Below are positions 24,465-34,495 of a stretch of DNA of 64,000 bases, one piece after another. Below the pieces are notes generated by a model, which did no database searches, was not told the origin of the DNA, and saw nothing but the letters and a program-made list of their open reading frames with translations. The stretch is from an uncultured Nitrospiraceae bacterium (lineage in GTDB: Bacteria > Nitrospirota > Nitrospiria > Nitrospirales > Nitrospiraceae). The stretch spans positions 128,001 to 192,000 of the forward strand of contig CAVPLT010000004.1 of the NCBI GenBank assembly GCA_963706325.1, given 5' to 3'. The translations under genes were made by a program, and so were the position numbers. Within the stretch, counting starts at the first letter, position 1. Every line of letters begins with the position of its first letter.

Positions 24465-24878
24465 ATGGATAAGGCAAAAAGGGACAGCCCAATATCCCAG
24501 CACCAGTCCTGTACAGTCATTTATGACGGGCAGTGTCGATTCTGTGTGAAAAGTAAGGAAGGAATTGAACGGCTGTCTCGCTCAAAGCAATTAACTACGG
24601 TCCGATACATCCCCTATCAAAGCCTGGAGGCCGAACTGGTGCTTGGCTCTGAGTATCGGCCTGGCCGACCGGAGGTTGCTTACTGGGTCGCCGCCGACGG
24701 GCAGATTCGACGAGGGCTAGATGCTATTTTGCCTTTACTCCCAAGAATTCCCGGTGGTCGATTGCTCGCTGCCTTTCTTGCAATGCCTGTTTTCAAGCCG
24801 ATGGGTTCTTGGCTATACAGGTTCGTCGCTCGTAATCGCTATCGTTGGTTCGGTGCCGTTGACGGGAACCCTCGATAA
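24465..24878 (+). CDS. DCC-family (DUF393) thiol-disulfide oxidoreductase
   Basis: VIYDGQCRFC, YIPYQS, LYRFVARNRYRWFG. Confidence 0.9.
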   Translation: MDKAKRDSPISQHQSCTVIYDGQCRFCVKSKEGIERLSRSKQLTTVRYIPYQSLEAELVLGSEYRPGRPEVAYWVAADGQIRRGLDAILPLLPRIPGGRLLAAFLAMPVFKPMGSWLYRFVARNRYRWFGAVDGNPR

Positions 24879-25021
24879 ACAGCCTCTTTACCTCCTTTCT
24901 TCCCAACCTCATCAATAGTTCAACCGAAAACCCATCTTTAGCAGGGTTGGCCACAGCCCGTGTGTCATTTACTGCATGGTGTGAAGCGGGTGAGAATCCG
25001 TTTCACACTAGGGAGGCACAC

Positions 25022-25978
25022 GTGGCCCAATATCCATTTCTAAAAACAGTTGTAGCTAGAATCATTCGACGGAAACAAGGCAGCAATCAGCAGGATAAAG
25101 GTCTTGGATTACCGCAGAGGCGAATGGCCTTCATGGCGTCGCCGGTGGCTGTCATCCTGTTCGCGTCGACATATTCCGTTGCTACTCCTATTCATTTCCC
25201 TATGGAAACTTGGCCCATCATAGAAATGGATGGAGTTACAGTAACGCAATCGCCTGCAGCTCATTCCGCTTTATTGGCTGCTGCATTTGGGTTTCAGTCA
25301 GTAGGATCTTCAACCATCACAGTTCGAACGTATGATGGGCCCACGGGAGCGATATTATCCGAAGATGCATTTGATGTGAATGTCAAAGAAGAGGGCGTGG
25401 CGGAGCACGATGAGAATAGAGGACGGATTTTTGCCGGTGGGATAGGGACCAACTCGGAGGGAAAATCAAAATTTATGTTACGGGTATATGACGCGGAAAC
25501 CGGACGGTTTCTCTGGGAAGGGCAACTGAATTTGCTGAAATTTGGGGAAGGAGCAATGACGCGGGCGAGCGCTGTACTCATCCCGAATAACCCTGTAATA
25601 GTTCAAAACGCCGCCATTGTTCAAAAACCTCTCCAAACTCTCTTCTCCGTCCGAGCCGTGAACTCCAGGACTGGCGGGCTCGTGTGGCAGGACCAGTTTG
25701 CTCCTGGCAGTCGAAGTCGGACAGAGGGGGAAGGTGCGCTATTTGATATGCCGAGAACGATGCCGATCCATGAACCGATCGGGCATATATTTGATTTGGT
25801 TGTACGAACCTACGACCGCACATCCGGAACGTTACTATGGGAGGATTCCTTCGAGCAACTGGACCGCATTGAGGAACCTGAGGGTGAGCCAGAGATGCAT
25901 GCCTACCCTCAGGCGATCCCGTCTTGGATCCCTATTGGATTCGAGGGGGCCAGAAGCCATCGGACGGCGCTGCGATAA
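25022..25978 (+). CDS. hypothetical exported/membrane-anchored protein with PQQ-like repeats
   Basis: GGGAGG RBS before GTG 25022; one hydrophobic segment; four repeats of the type VRxYDxxTGxLLWED. Confidence 0.7.
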   Translation: MAQYPFLKTVVARIIRRKQGSNQQDKGLGLPQRRMAFMASPVAVILFASTYSVATPIHFPMETWPIIEMDGVTVTQSPAAHSALLAAAFGFQSVGSSTITVRTYDGPTGAILSEDAFDVNVKEEGVAEHDENRGRIFAGGIGTNSEGKSKFMLRVYDAETGRFLWEGQLNLLKFGEGAMTRASAVLIPNNPVIVQNAAIVQKPLQTLFSVRAVNSRTGGLVWQDQFAPGSRSRTEGEGALFDMPRTMPIHEPIGHIFDLVVRTYDRTSGTLLWEDSFEQLDRIEEPEGEPEMHAYPQAIPSWIPIGFEGARSHRTALR

Positions 25979-25982
25979 CAGG

Positions 25983-27422
25983 TTAAGACTTCGGCTGAGC
26001 CAGCGTGGATCCCAGGCTGTCGGCCCATTGTTGTTGGAAGTGGTCGTAGGACAGTAGAAGCCTGTCTTGCATGGCGGCGGCGATGGTTTGACGGGTTTTC
26101 AGGTGGAGGAGCAGCTCGTGCACCTTCGGCATGCCGAATCGTTCAATCAGATAATGGGTGGCGGTATTGGCTTCCATGTAAGCGGCGCTGGCCTTGTCTG
26201 CCGGTAGGCTTTCCCAGCTTCCCTCAAGTGCAGTCAATGGAATCAAGCTGTACTCTCCGGGAACCATGCCCTTTAATTCCTGCCAGGGATCACCGGCCAA
26301 TTGCATCGCCAAGCCTTCATTGAGCCATGTGGGAATTGTCCCGCCGGTTGCGCCTAATTCATCTTGGATGAGGGCATGGACAAATTCATGTCGCAGTACG
26401 CGAGTCAGCCACGCTCGATCCGTTGCAGCTCCTTGAGTGGGGATTTGAATGCGTCCGAGGACAGGGTCGAACAGTCCGTCTGCCCAACTGGGGCTACCCG
26501 TAACACTGGGGAACTGATTCTTCGTGTGGAGAACCACAATGATCGGTCTTGAGGGGAAAAAGTTAAATTTCTGGCCGATTTCTCGATAGGCCTCTTCGAG
26601 AACATCAAGGACGGTGGTCCATGTCGAGGGATCTTCATTCCCATCGTATTTCACTGTGAAATGAACGCTGCTGTGGGTAGAAAACTTTTCGTCGATCTTC
26701 CCGGCGCGGTGGACTTTCGCTGTAACAGCCTTCAAGTAAGATTGCAGGCCAGGGTCTTTTTTGATTCGCTCCTTTGCCTTGTCCAGGTGTTTATCAGCTT
26801 CTGCGAGCTGACCTTTTTCTTGTAACAGGTCCGCAATGGCAACATGTGGGAATGGTTCGTCCGGGGCCAAGCTCAACACCTTTCTTAGGAAACCTTCCGT
26901 GAGTGCGGGATCCCGAAGGCCCCAGTAGGCATTGGCGAGGTTGAGATGGGCAACCGGGTTTTGTGGGTCGAGGGCGACGGCTTTCTTAAAGGCCTTCACG
27001 GAAACTTCAGTCCCACTGATCTTTTCTTGAAGGATGCCTAGATTGTTCCACAAGATGGCCACGTGTCGTTTGGTGGCCGATTCCGTAAATAGTGATGATG
27101 GTAGCTCCTCCAGTTTCGTTTCAGCCACGGCCAGGTTGCGCTTCTCCAGCTCCTCATGAATCGCGCCGAGCAGTTCCGAGTGCCTCGGAACCGGAATACT
27201 GACAGGATCGATGGTCCGAGACCGTTGGATCTCCACGGCGACATGTTCTTGCGGCGGTGCCAGAGGAGCTGAGGACGCAGTGGGCTGCTGTTCAATGATA
27301 ACCTGCGAAGGAGCCGGTGTTTCGTGGAAATAGTGAGGCTTCAGCCAGGCTTGATAGACGATGAAGAGCGTGATCATAATGAAAAGAGGGCCCAGGATGT
27401 GTTTAATATTGCGCCGATACAT
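25983..27422 (-). CDS. membrane-anchored TPR + peptidase MA-family zinc metalloprotease
   Basis: N-terminal TM, TPRs (LWNNLG..., AHLNLANAY), HEFVH and WLNEGLA gluzincin motifs. Confidence 0.85.
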   Translation of the reverse strand: MYRRNIKHILGPLFIMITLFIVYQAWLKPHYFHETPAPSQVIIEQQPTASSAPLAPPQEHVAVEIQRSRTIDPVSIPVPRHSELLGAIHEELEKRNLAVAETKLEELPSSLFTESATKRHVAILWNNLGILQEKISGTEVSVKAFKKAVALDPQNPVAHLNLANAYWGLRDPALTEGFLRKVLSLAPDEPFPHVAIADLLQEKGQLAEADKHLDKAKERIKKDPGLQSYLKAVTAKVHRAGKIDEKFSTHSSVHFTVKYDGNEDPSTWTTVLDVLEEAYREIGQKFNFFPSRPIIVVLHTKNQFPSVTGSPSWADGLFDPVLGRIQIPTQGAATDRAWLTRVLRHEFVHALIQDELGATGGTIPTWLNEGLAMQLAGDPWQELKGMVPGEYSLIPLTALEGSWESLPADKASAAYMEANTATHYLIERFGMPKVHELLLHLKTRQTIAAAMQDRLLLSYDHFQQQWADSLGSTLAQPKS

Positions 27423-27584
27423 GGGTCTCCTTCTGCATGTCCTACGCAAATCACTCTAGCACTGAGCCGGGGAAGCACCAAGGAAAGTCACAAAACCAGC
27501 GGCCGACCCATAGTTGTCTTTCCCTTCTCAACGGAGGTGCCTCGTTGAGCAGCAGACATTGCTGTGGTACGATTCCAACCCAGG

Positions 27585-30125
27585 ATGCCACGTCCTGATT
27601 CGCGCGACTCTCACGACCCCTTTAACGCTTTCCTTCAACGTGTGGCCAGACCGATTGAGTTTGCCTGCCGAGATGCCTACGCCCATCTTTCGACGGTCAA
27701 AAACCTCGAAGGCTTTGTGTCGGAACAAGTCATTGGGGTGCTTGGCGAGCGAGTATATCCGCGAGCGCTTGAGACGGAATTACTATTGCTCCGCAATCTG
27801 TTCGTTGGTTTCCACACGCATCTGTCATCTCAGGAACAACAGGGTCGGCTCTCTCGGGCACTGGACCTCCTTCGTCGTCTGCAGCGAGGGCAAAGTGTGA
27901 TCAATCCGCCGAATGTCTTGTTGGGTGAGGAACAGCCCGCAGCTGACCCAGTTCGTTCAGATTCTGCACGACCGTTGTGGGAGATACCGATTCAGTTTGC
28001 GAAGGGAGTCGGTCCGAAACGGAAGATCCTATTGGAGCGCCTGGGAATCTCCACCATAGAGCAGGCGCTCTGGACCCTGCCCTGGCGGTATGAGGACCGT
28101 TCGGTGGTGACTGCGATAGGTAGACTCGTTCCGGGAGCCACCCACACCATCTGCGGGGTGATCGTTCAAGCGGAGCAGACTCGAGCGCGGTCCCGCCGTT
28201 TGTCTATTCTGGATGTGGTGGTTGAAGATAGTACAGGGATGGTGCATGCCGTATTTTTCAATCAGCCCTATTTGGAAGAGGTCTTGAAACAAGGCGCGCG
28301 AGTCATGATGGCGGGGCGTGTGACTGCCGGTCGGCGCGGATGGATGGACGTGCGGCTAGAGCCGACGCAATTTGAAGTGTTGAGCGGAGCAGAGGATGAG
28401 CTGCTGCATGTGGGCCGGATCGTTCCAATCTATCATGAAACGAAAGGGTGGACGTCTCGTCACATGCGTGTCCTCATCCATGGACTGCTGACGGAATACG
28501 GGGCCAAGGTGGAAGAAGTGCTGCCACTTTCAGTTCGCGCGCGCCACCGCCTGTCGCCGATCAGCGCCGCGATTCGACAGGTGCATTTCCCACCACCGAA
28601 GACAGATCTTGCCGCCCTTGACCGAGGAACGACAGCCGCCCACCGCCGTTTGGCCTTCGAGGAGCTGTTTCTGCTGCAGGTGGCTTTGGTGCTACGTCAG
28701 CGGGAGACCAAAGAAGAAGTTAAGCCATTCCGTTTCGATCCCCATGTTCCACAGTTGAAGCAGCTCGTGCAACTGTTGCCTTTTACCCTCACCTCTGCAC
28801 AGGAACGCGTGTATCGGGAGATTCAAGCCGACATGGTGACGTCGCGGCCGATGAATCGGTTGGTGCAGGGTGATGTTGGCTCCGGAAAGACCGTGGTTGC
28901 GCTCCATGCTCTAGTCATGGCCTGTGGATCGGGTTGCCAAACGGCACTCATGGTCCCGACAGAAATCTTGGCCGAGCAGCATTATCTGAATCTCAAACCG
29001 CTGCTGGAGGCGGTGGGTCTGCACACGGTGGTTTTGACGAGTGGCGGTAAGGTCAAGGAGCGGAATGAGAAATTGAAGCAAGTGGCGTCAGGCACGGCGC
29101 ACGTAGCCATTGGAACCCATGCGTTGATTCAAAAGAACGTGCACTTCTCCAAGCTTGGACTTGTGATCGTGGATGAACAGCATAAATTCGGCGTACTGCA
29201 GCGAAAAATGCTGCTCGACAAGGGATATCGGCCGGATGTTCTGGTCATGACCGCCACGCCGATTCCGCGCACTTTGGCCATGACCGTGTACGGGGATTTA
29301 GATCTGTCAGTGATTGACATGCTGCCGCCGGGCCGTATGCCGGTGCGGACGTTGCTCTATAGTGAAGGTCAACGGCACAAGGCGTGGCAGCTGGTCAGGG
29401 ATGAGTTGAAGGCCGGCCGACAGGTCTATATCGTCTATCCCTTGGTGGAGGAGTCTGAGAAGGTCGATCTCAAGGCGGCGATCCAGGGGGCGGAACATCT
29501 GCAGCGCGACGTCTTCCCGCAGGCACGGGTGGGATTGCTCCATGGAAGGATGAAGAGCGCTGAGAAAGAACGTACTATGGCGGCCTTCAAGGCCGGGTCG
29601 ATTCAGATTCTCGTGGCGACCACCGTGATCGAGGTCGGGGTGGATGTTCCAAATGCGGCAGTGATGGTGATCGAGCACGCCGAACGGTTTGGCTTGGCAC
29701 AATTGCATCAATTGCGCGGACGGGTCGGCAGGGGTGCTCATCAATCGCTTTGTCTGCTCATGGCTTCTTATCTCGCGCGCGAGCCCCGAGCGCGGGTTAG
29801 TCGTGATGGGGGGGCGGAGCAGGCTGTTTCTCACGCACAACAGCGGCTGGCGGCGCTGGTCAACTCGAACGACGGATTTCTGATTGCCGAGCAGGATCTC
29901 CGGATCCGGGGCCCCGGTGAGTTTTTGGGGTTGCGGCAGTGGGGAGTGCCGGAGTTTCGGGCAGCCAATCTCGTGCGTGACGTTGACCTGTTGGAACAGG
30001 CCAGGCAAGAGGCCACTACGTTACTGGAACAGGATCCCGTTCTGACATGGCCTCAGCACCGCGCATTCAAAGGGGCAATGCTTCGACGTTGGCATGCTAA
30101 GCTCGCGTTGGGGGATGTGAGCTAA
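27585..30125 (+). CDS. recG: ATP-dependent DNA helicase RecG (long N-terminus)
   Basis: KGVGPK, RRLAFEELF, QGDVGSGKT, DEQHKFGV, MTATPIPRTL, QLHQLRGRVGRG, DLRIRGPGE. Confidence 0.98.
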   Translation: MPRPDSRDSHDPFNAFLQRVARPIEFACRDAYAHLSTVKNLEGFVSEQVIGVLGERVYPRALETELLLLRNLFVGFHTHLSSQEQQGRLSRALDLLRRLQRGQSVINPPNVLLGEEQPAADPVRSDSARPLWEIPIQFAKGVGPKRKILLERLGISTIEQALWTLPWRYEDRSVVTAIGRLVPGATHTICGVIVQAEQTRARSRRLSILDVVVEDSTGMVHAVFFNQPYLEEVLKQGARVMMAGRVTAGRRGWMDVRLEPTQFEVLSGAEDELLHVGRIVPIYHETKGWTSRHMRVLIHGLLTEYGAKVEEVLPLSVRARHRLSPISAAIRQVHFPPPKTDLAALDRGTTAAHRRLAFEELFLLQVALVLRQRETKEEVKPFRFDPHVPQLKQLVQLLPFTLTSAQERVYREIQADMVTSRPMNRLVQGDVGSGKTVVALHALVMACGSGCQTALMVPTEILAEQHYLNLKPLLEAVGLHTVVLTSGGKVKERNEKLKQVASGTAHVAIGTHALIQKNVHFSKLGLVIVDEQHKFGVLQRKMLLDKGYRPDVLVMTATPIPRTLAMTVYGDLDLSVIDMLPPGRMPVRTLLYSEGQRHKAWQLVRDELKAGRQVYIVYPLVEESEKVDLKAAIQGAEHLQRDVFPQARVGLLHGRMKSAEKERTMAAFKAGSIQILVATTVIEVGVDVPNAAVMVIEHAERFGLAQLHQLRGRVGRGAHQSLCLLMASYLAREPRARVSRDGGAEQAVSHAQQRLAALVNSNDGFLIAEQDLRIRGPGEFLGLRQWGVPEFRAANLVRDVDLLEQARQEATTLLEQDPVLTWPQHRAFKGAMLRRWHAKLALGDVS

Positions 30126-30162
30126 GCGGCAGGGAAGCTGTCGATTTGGTGGAGGCCGACAC

Positions 30163-30489
30163 ATGGGAATGTTGCAACGCCTGAGTCATGATTTGCGCGC
30201 CGGCTGGGTGACCCTGCGGCATGGAACAGCCAAGGCTGCCACCCGCGCGTTGGAAGAGGGGGAGTTGCTTCACTATCGTTTGGAATTGCGCAAAGTCGAT
30301 CAGCAACTCGACGACCTGCACAGTGACATCGGCGAACGAACGATCGAGTTGCATGATCGTGGTGAAACAGCCGATCGCATTCTGTCCGATTCGGAAGTCA
30401 CCCGCATGATGCAACAGGTGCGGGCTTTTCAGGACGAGCGGACCAAACTGTTGCTCGAAATGAATGATATCGCGTTAGACGCGGAATGA
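30163..30489 (+). CDS. hypothetical coiled-coil protein
   Basis: GGAGG RBS; helical 108-aa ORF between recG and ppx. Confidence 0.75.
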   Translation: MGMLQRLSHDLRAGWVTLRHGTAKAATRALEEGELLHYRLELRKVDQQLDDLHSDIGERTIELHDRGETADRILSDSEVTRMMQQVRAFQDERTKLLLEMNDIALDAE

Positions 30490-30499
30490 GGCAGAGGGC

Positions 30500-31456
30500 A
30501 TGACCGTCTCACCGAGCGCTTCGGTACGAATTCTTGCCGGTGTCGATATCGGCACGTTGACCTGTCGCTTGCTCATTGCAGAAATTTCCCCGTCCGGTGG
30601 GCTTCGAGCACTACGATCCGATCGGCGCATCCTTCGGCTCGGGCAGGGCGTCGATCGGGATGGTGTGTTGCGTACTGATGCCATGGAGCGGGTGGTTGCC
30701 ACGCTGAAAGAGTGGCGTCACCTGATCGACGACTGTCAGGTGGAAAGCTCAGCGGCGGTGGCGACGAGCGCGGTGCGCGATGCGAAGAATCGAGAAGAAT
30801 TTCTTCGCCGAGTGAGGATTGAAACCGGTTTTGAAGTTGAGATCATCTCTGGTGAGGAAGAGGCGCGCCGGACCATGCTCGGTATTCGTTCCGGCTTGCC
30901 GACCGGCGTGACGGAGCTGTTGGCGGTAGATATCGGTGGAGGGAGCACGGAGTGTATTGTGGACCGTCCCGGCCGGCCGACGATGGCCCGGTCAATTGAT
31001 ATCGGCGTGGTACGGCTGAGCGAAAGGTTTCTCCATGGCGATCCTCCGACGACTAAAGAAATTCAGCAAGCGCGTGAGTGGGTGAGAAATGAAACCGTGG
31101 CCGCTATCGCTGGCATGCCTCGTCCGAACGGACTCACGTTCGTCGGCACGGCGGGAGCAATCACATCACTGGCCGCAATGGCCCAGCAGTTGCCGACCTA
31201 TGAACCGACTAGGATTCATAATTATTTGTTGAAGCTGGAGACGGTTAAACAGTTAGAGCAGCAGTTGCTGAGCCGCTCGAAGGTGCAGCGAGAAGGCCTG
31301 CCCGGTCTCGAACGAGGCCGGGAGGAAGTCATCGCCGCTGGCGCCATCATCTTGCGTACGGTAATGGAGACACTCCAACAGACGGAGTGTCTGGTCAGCG
31401 ATCTGGGGCTACGTGAGGGCGTGCTGATCCATCTCGCGCGCGTCGTCAGGCTGTAA
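30500..31456 (+). CDS. ppx: Ppx/GppA family phosphatase (exopolyphosphatase, short form)
   Basis: VDIGTLTCRL, VATSAVRDAKN, ISGEEEA, VDIGGGSTE, GLREG. Confidence 0.92.
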   Translation: MTVSPSASVRILAGVDIGTLTCRLLIAEISPSGGLRALRSDRRILRLGQGVDRDGVLRTDAMERVVATLKEWRHLIDDCQVESSAAVATSAVRDAKNREEFLRRVRIETGFEVEIISGEEEARRTMLGIRSGLPTGVTELLAVDIGGGSTECIVDRPGRPTMARSIDIGVVRLSERFLHGDPPTTKEIQQAREWVRNETVAAIAGMPRPNGLTFVGTAGAITSLAAMAQQLPTYEPTRIHNYLLKLETVKQLEQQLLSRSKVQREGLPGLERGREEVIAAGAIILRTVMETLQQTECLVSDLGLREGVLIHLARVVRL

Positions 31457-31571
31457 TTTTTTTCATGCCGTCATTTCAGGTGACCCCCTCCAGGTTTACT
31501 TGCTTCCACGCGTAGATCAAAGTTCGGATAATCCTACTAGCGCTGATTAAAACTCAATGATATAGGGCGCG

Positions 31572-33065
31572 TTACCGCTGCGAATACCAGCGGAGCCCGC
31601 TCTTCTGTTCGGTGAAGCTTGCAGGAGGGGTGCCGCCTGGTTTTTCCAGGAGCAGCACTTTGAAGTCGATGAGCCCGAACCAGGCTGGGTCGGCAATGTC
31701 GTGATAGTGGCAGCCTTGCAGCTTGGGAAGCATGCCGCCCAAAGTTTTCGTGAGTTCCCCTTCGCTATAAGCACGCACGGCGAAGTTCTGGCCGAGACCC
31801 AGACAAAAGCGTTGGATTGTGTAGGCCGCTCCAGTGCAGAGGACCTTGGTGTCCGGCTTGATCTGCAAAAACTGCGGAAGCGACAGGTACCGCTCCTGAA
31901 AACCGAGCCACCGAACCGCTTGCCGTAGGTGGCTGTACTGCACTTCATATTCCGTGTGGTGTGGGAGTTTGACGGCAGCTGGCCAGCCTTCTTCGATCCC
32001 AAATTCCGTGAGAAACGCGCGCCCGCCAGGCTTGAGGACGCGCCAGACTTCGGCGACAAGGCGCATCGGCCCCAGGTTAAAGATCACTTCTTCGGGCAAT
32101 TCTTTTTCGAGTGGTAAGCGGAGTCGCCTGATCCAGTCCAAGGCTTCTTGATGTTGGGGTGTTTCTCCGCGGCCCTCTGTGAGCTCCTTGCGCGTCAGTT
32201 TCACGGGTGTCATGTCCGCCATATTCTCGTTATCGAGGATAAGGTCGATCGAATTATCTTTGAAGGGCAGGCATTCGCCGTTGGCATGGGTGCCGGTGCC
32301 GGTCCAGCCTCCGGCCTTGGCGCGTTTTGTTTGGAGCTGCAGGAATGGACGGGTGATATCCAGCGAAATGTACTGGATCCCTTGTTTCTCGAACGGCAGC
32401 AGTTCTTGTCCCAGTTCGCGGGCGACATAGCCGAGCCCGCCTCCGATCTCAAGAATGACTTTTGGTTTCGGTTTGAACCAGCCCAAGCGGCGTAGTTGAC
32501 GCATGAGCAGGCGACCATAAGTGGTGCCGCCCAGTGCCTCGCAGGGCTCGCGAAAAAGATGGGACACCGTGGTCTCGATCAAGTCGAAGTGACCGTCTTC
32601 CAGGTCGCTTTCTTTCAGCTCATGGACATGGAAGTCCTCGAGGTGTTCCTCGCCCTCGAAGTCTTGTTGGCCGGACCAGCTCTCACGAATCTGTTGCAGC
32701 AGCAGATCCCACTTGGCTTTGTGCCGATGGCCGCCGGGCGGTTCGGTGCCGAAGTAGCAAAGAGAATAATTGGGAGTCGACCAACGCTCCAAATGCCAGG
32801 CGCCGGGCTGGCCGTCCGGTCCGCAAATCTTGTTGCCGTATTTCTCCAGTAGCGCGCTGACGGTGATGTGCCCGTTCATGGAGGCGAGCATTTCGATCCC
32901 GACTGCGTTCAGCCGAACGAGGGGGAAGTCGTCGTCGAGTGGTGCCAACCACCATTCGTCGAAGGCGTGCTGGTACGCGACAAGGTCGGGAATGCGCCAG
33001 GCGAGCAGGCTGAGGACATCGCCGCTCAGATTGAGCGGCTCTTGAATGGCTGCGGCAGCTTTCAT
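31572..33065 (-). CDS. class I SAM-dependent methyltransferase with N-terminal PqqD/RRE-like domain
   Basis: Motif I ILEIGGGLG, LDIT, LPFKDNSIDLILDNE, RVLKPGG. N-terminal RIPDLV...DEWWLAP...LNAVGIEMLASMNGHITVSAL. Start re-chosen at MKAAAA. Confidence 0.85.
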   Translation of the reverse strand: MKAAAAIQEPLNLSGDVLSLLAWRIPDLVAYQHAFDEWWLAPLDDDFPLVRLNAVGIEMLASMNGHITVSALLEKYGNKICGPDGQPGAWHLERWSTPNYSLCYFGTEPPGGHRHKAKWDLLLQQIRESWSGQQDFEGEEHLEDFHVHELKESDLEDGHFDLIETTVSHLFREPCEALGGTTYGRLLMRQLRRLGWFKPKPKVILEIGGGLGYVARELGQELLPFEKQGIQYISLDITRPFLQLQTKRAKAGGWTGTGTHANGECLPFKDNSIDLILDNENMADMTPVKLTRKELTEGRGETPQHQEALDWIRRLRLPLEKELPEEVIFNLGPMRLVAEVWRVLKPGGRAFLTEFGIEEGWPAAVKLPHHTEYEVQYSHLRQAVRWLGFQERYLSLPQFLQIKPDTKVLCTGAAYTIQRFCLGLGQNFAVRAYSEGELTKTLGGMLPKLQGCHYHDIADPAWFGLIDFKVLLLEKPGGTPPASFTEQKSGLRWYSQR

Positions 33066-33145
33066 CTGATTCGGTCCTGCGCAAGAGAAGCCGCAGCCTA
33101 CACGAGGGCGACTCCGACGTGCAAGAACTCGATGAGGAAGATTGT

Positions 33146-33517
33146 TTAGGTTTGGGCGGGGAGCAGGGTGGAGTCGGTCACAATGATGATGCCGCGCATA
33201 ATCGGATGAATGCGACATTGATAGGGATATCGGCCAGGCGGAAGGTTCGGGATGGTGTAGGTGCCTCCCGGGTCGACGGCGCCGGAATCAAAGGCGCAGC
33301 GGCCGCTGTCAAAGCATCCATCGTGCGTGACGGTATGCTGGGTCGGCGTGGGATTATCCCATCGAATAGCCGCACCGGCACTTACTGTGACGGCAGCGGG
33401 CACGTAATAAGGCGAACCACTATCCATGAGGATTTGGGCCGCCGGGGGAGTGGCCGAGGTGGGCCAAGCTGGTAGAGCCCCTAGCACAAGAGCTACTATT
33501 ATGATTCTCCAACTCAT
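33146..33517 (-). CDS. exported cupredoxin (plastocyanin/amicyanin-like blue copper protein)
   Basis: Signal peptide; WDN...QHTVT and YQCRIHPIMRG supply His/Cys/His/Met ligands; extra CFDSGRC cysteine pair. Confidence 0.9.
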   Translation of the reverse strand: MSWRIIIVALVLGALPAWPTSATPPAAQILMDSGSPYYVPAAVTVSAGAAIRWDNPTPTQHTVTHDGCFDSGRCAFDSGAVDPGGTYTIPNLPPGRYPYQCRIHPIMRGIIIVTDSTLLPAQT

Positions 33518-33859
33518 GAGATCAAAAATCCGGTGACTGGTTCTATTTATATTATACATAGAGAACAGCTCAATGCGGAAGGATTCAATAGGACTGCCGG
33601 CTTGACGAAAAATTAGGCCAACGTGCTGGTTAGAGCAATAGGGGGGCTAGGCAATTCCGGCAAGGTACAGAGGAATTCAGGTCGTTGTGAAGGAGTTGAG
33701 GTAGTGGTGAACCCAAGGTTTGAGAGCGTGGTTCGATGTCTCAACCTGATACGGCCCCATGCTGAGCTCTAGCTGTTGCAAGAAACCGGCGGTTCATGCT
33801 AGATGGAGGCCGCTTTACCACCGACGTGCCGAGGTGAGGACCTAAGAGGAGGGCGTGGA

Positions 33860-34495
33860 ATGGCAAAGAAGAGCGTGAAAAAGAAAGTCGTCGCCGCGAA
33901 ACGTAGGCGGCCGAAGAAAGTCGCGACAAAGAAGGCGGGGAAGCCTAAGAAAGCTGCGACGGCAAAGAAGGCTGGAGCGGCCAAAAAGGTTGTGCCGCAA
34001 AAAAAAGCCAAGAAGGCGGCGCCAGGGAAGACCATCGCGAAAAAGACCGTCAAAAAACCGGCCCTCAAAATAACCAAAAAGAAAACGACCACGAAGCCCC
34101 AGCGCGCTGTCAAAAAGGCGAACCCGACTACCCTGTCCGCTAGACCCGCGGCAAAGCCTGCAGCGAAGCCTAAGCCTCAGTCGACTCAACCTGTGCTGCC
34201 AAAGGCGAAGCCGTCGATTGAGCCTTCCGGGGAGGTTCCAGAGGCAAAATCGGTGACGTCTGTCGGGACAGGCTCGAGCAAGGCGACAAAGTTTGATGTG
34301 GAACCGTCACAACCGGAGTTGGAAGACGAAGAAGAATTGGTGGAAGACATCGACGATGTCTCGGAAGAGATCGAGGAGGAGGAAGTAGAAGAGGTAGAAG
34401 AAGAACTCGGCCTCGATAGTCAAGACGACGATGTCGACTATCTAGAAAAGTCTGAAGATCTCCTGGATGACACGGACGAGTATCGTAACAATTAG
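33860..34495 (+). CDS. histone H1-like Lys/Ala-rich protein with acidic C-terminal tail
   Basis: AGGAGG RBS; N-terminal KKA/KKP repeats, Pro-rich linker, Glu/Asp-rich C-terminus. Confidence 0.85.
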   Translation: MAKKSVKKKVVAAKRRRPKKVATKKAGKPKKAATAKKAGAAKKVVPQKKAKKAAPGKTIAKKTVKKPALKITKKKTTTKPQRAVKKANPTTLSARPAAKPAAKPKPQSTQPVLPKAKPSIEPSGEVPEAKSVTSVGTGSSKATKFDVEPSQPELEDEEELVEDIDDVSEEIEEEEVEEVEEELGLDSQDDDVDYLEKSEDLLDDTDEYRNN

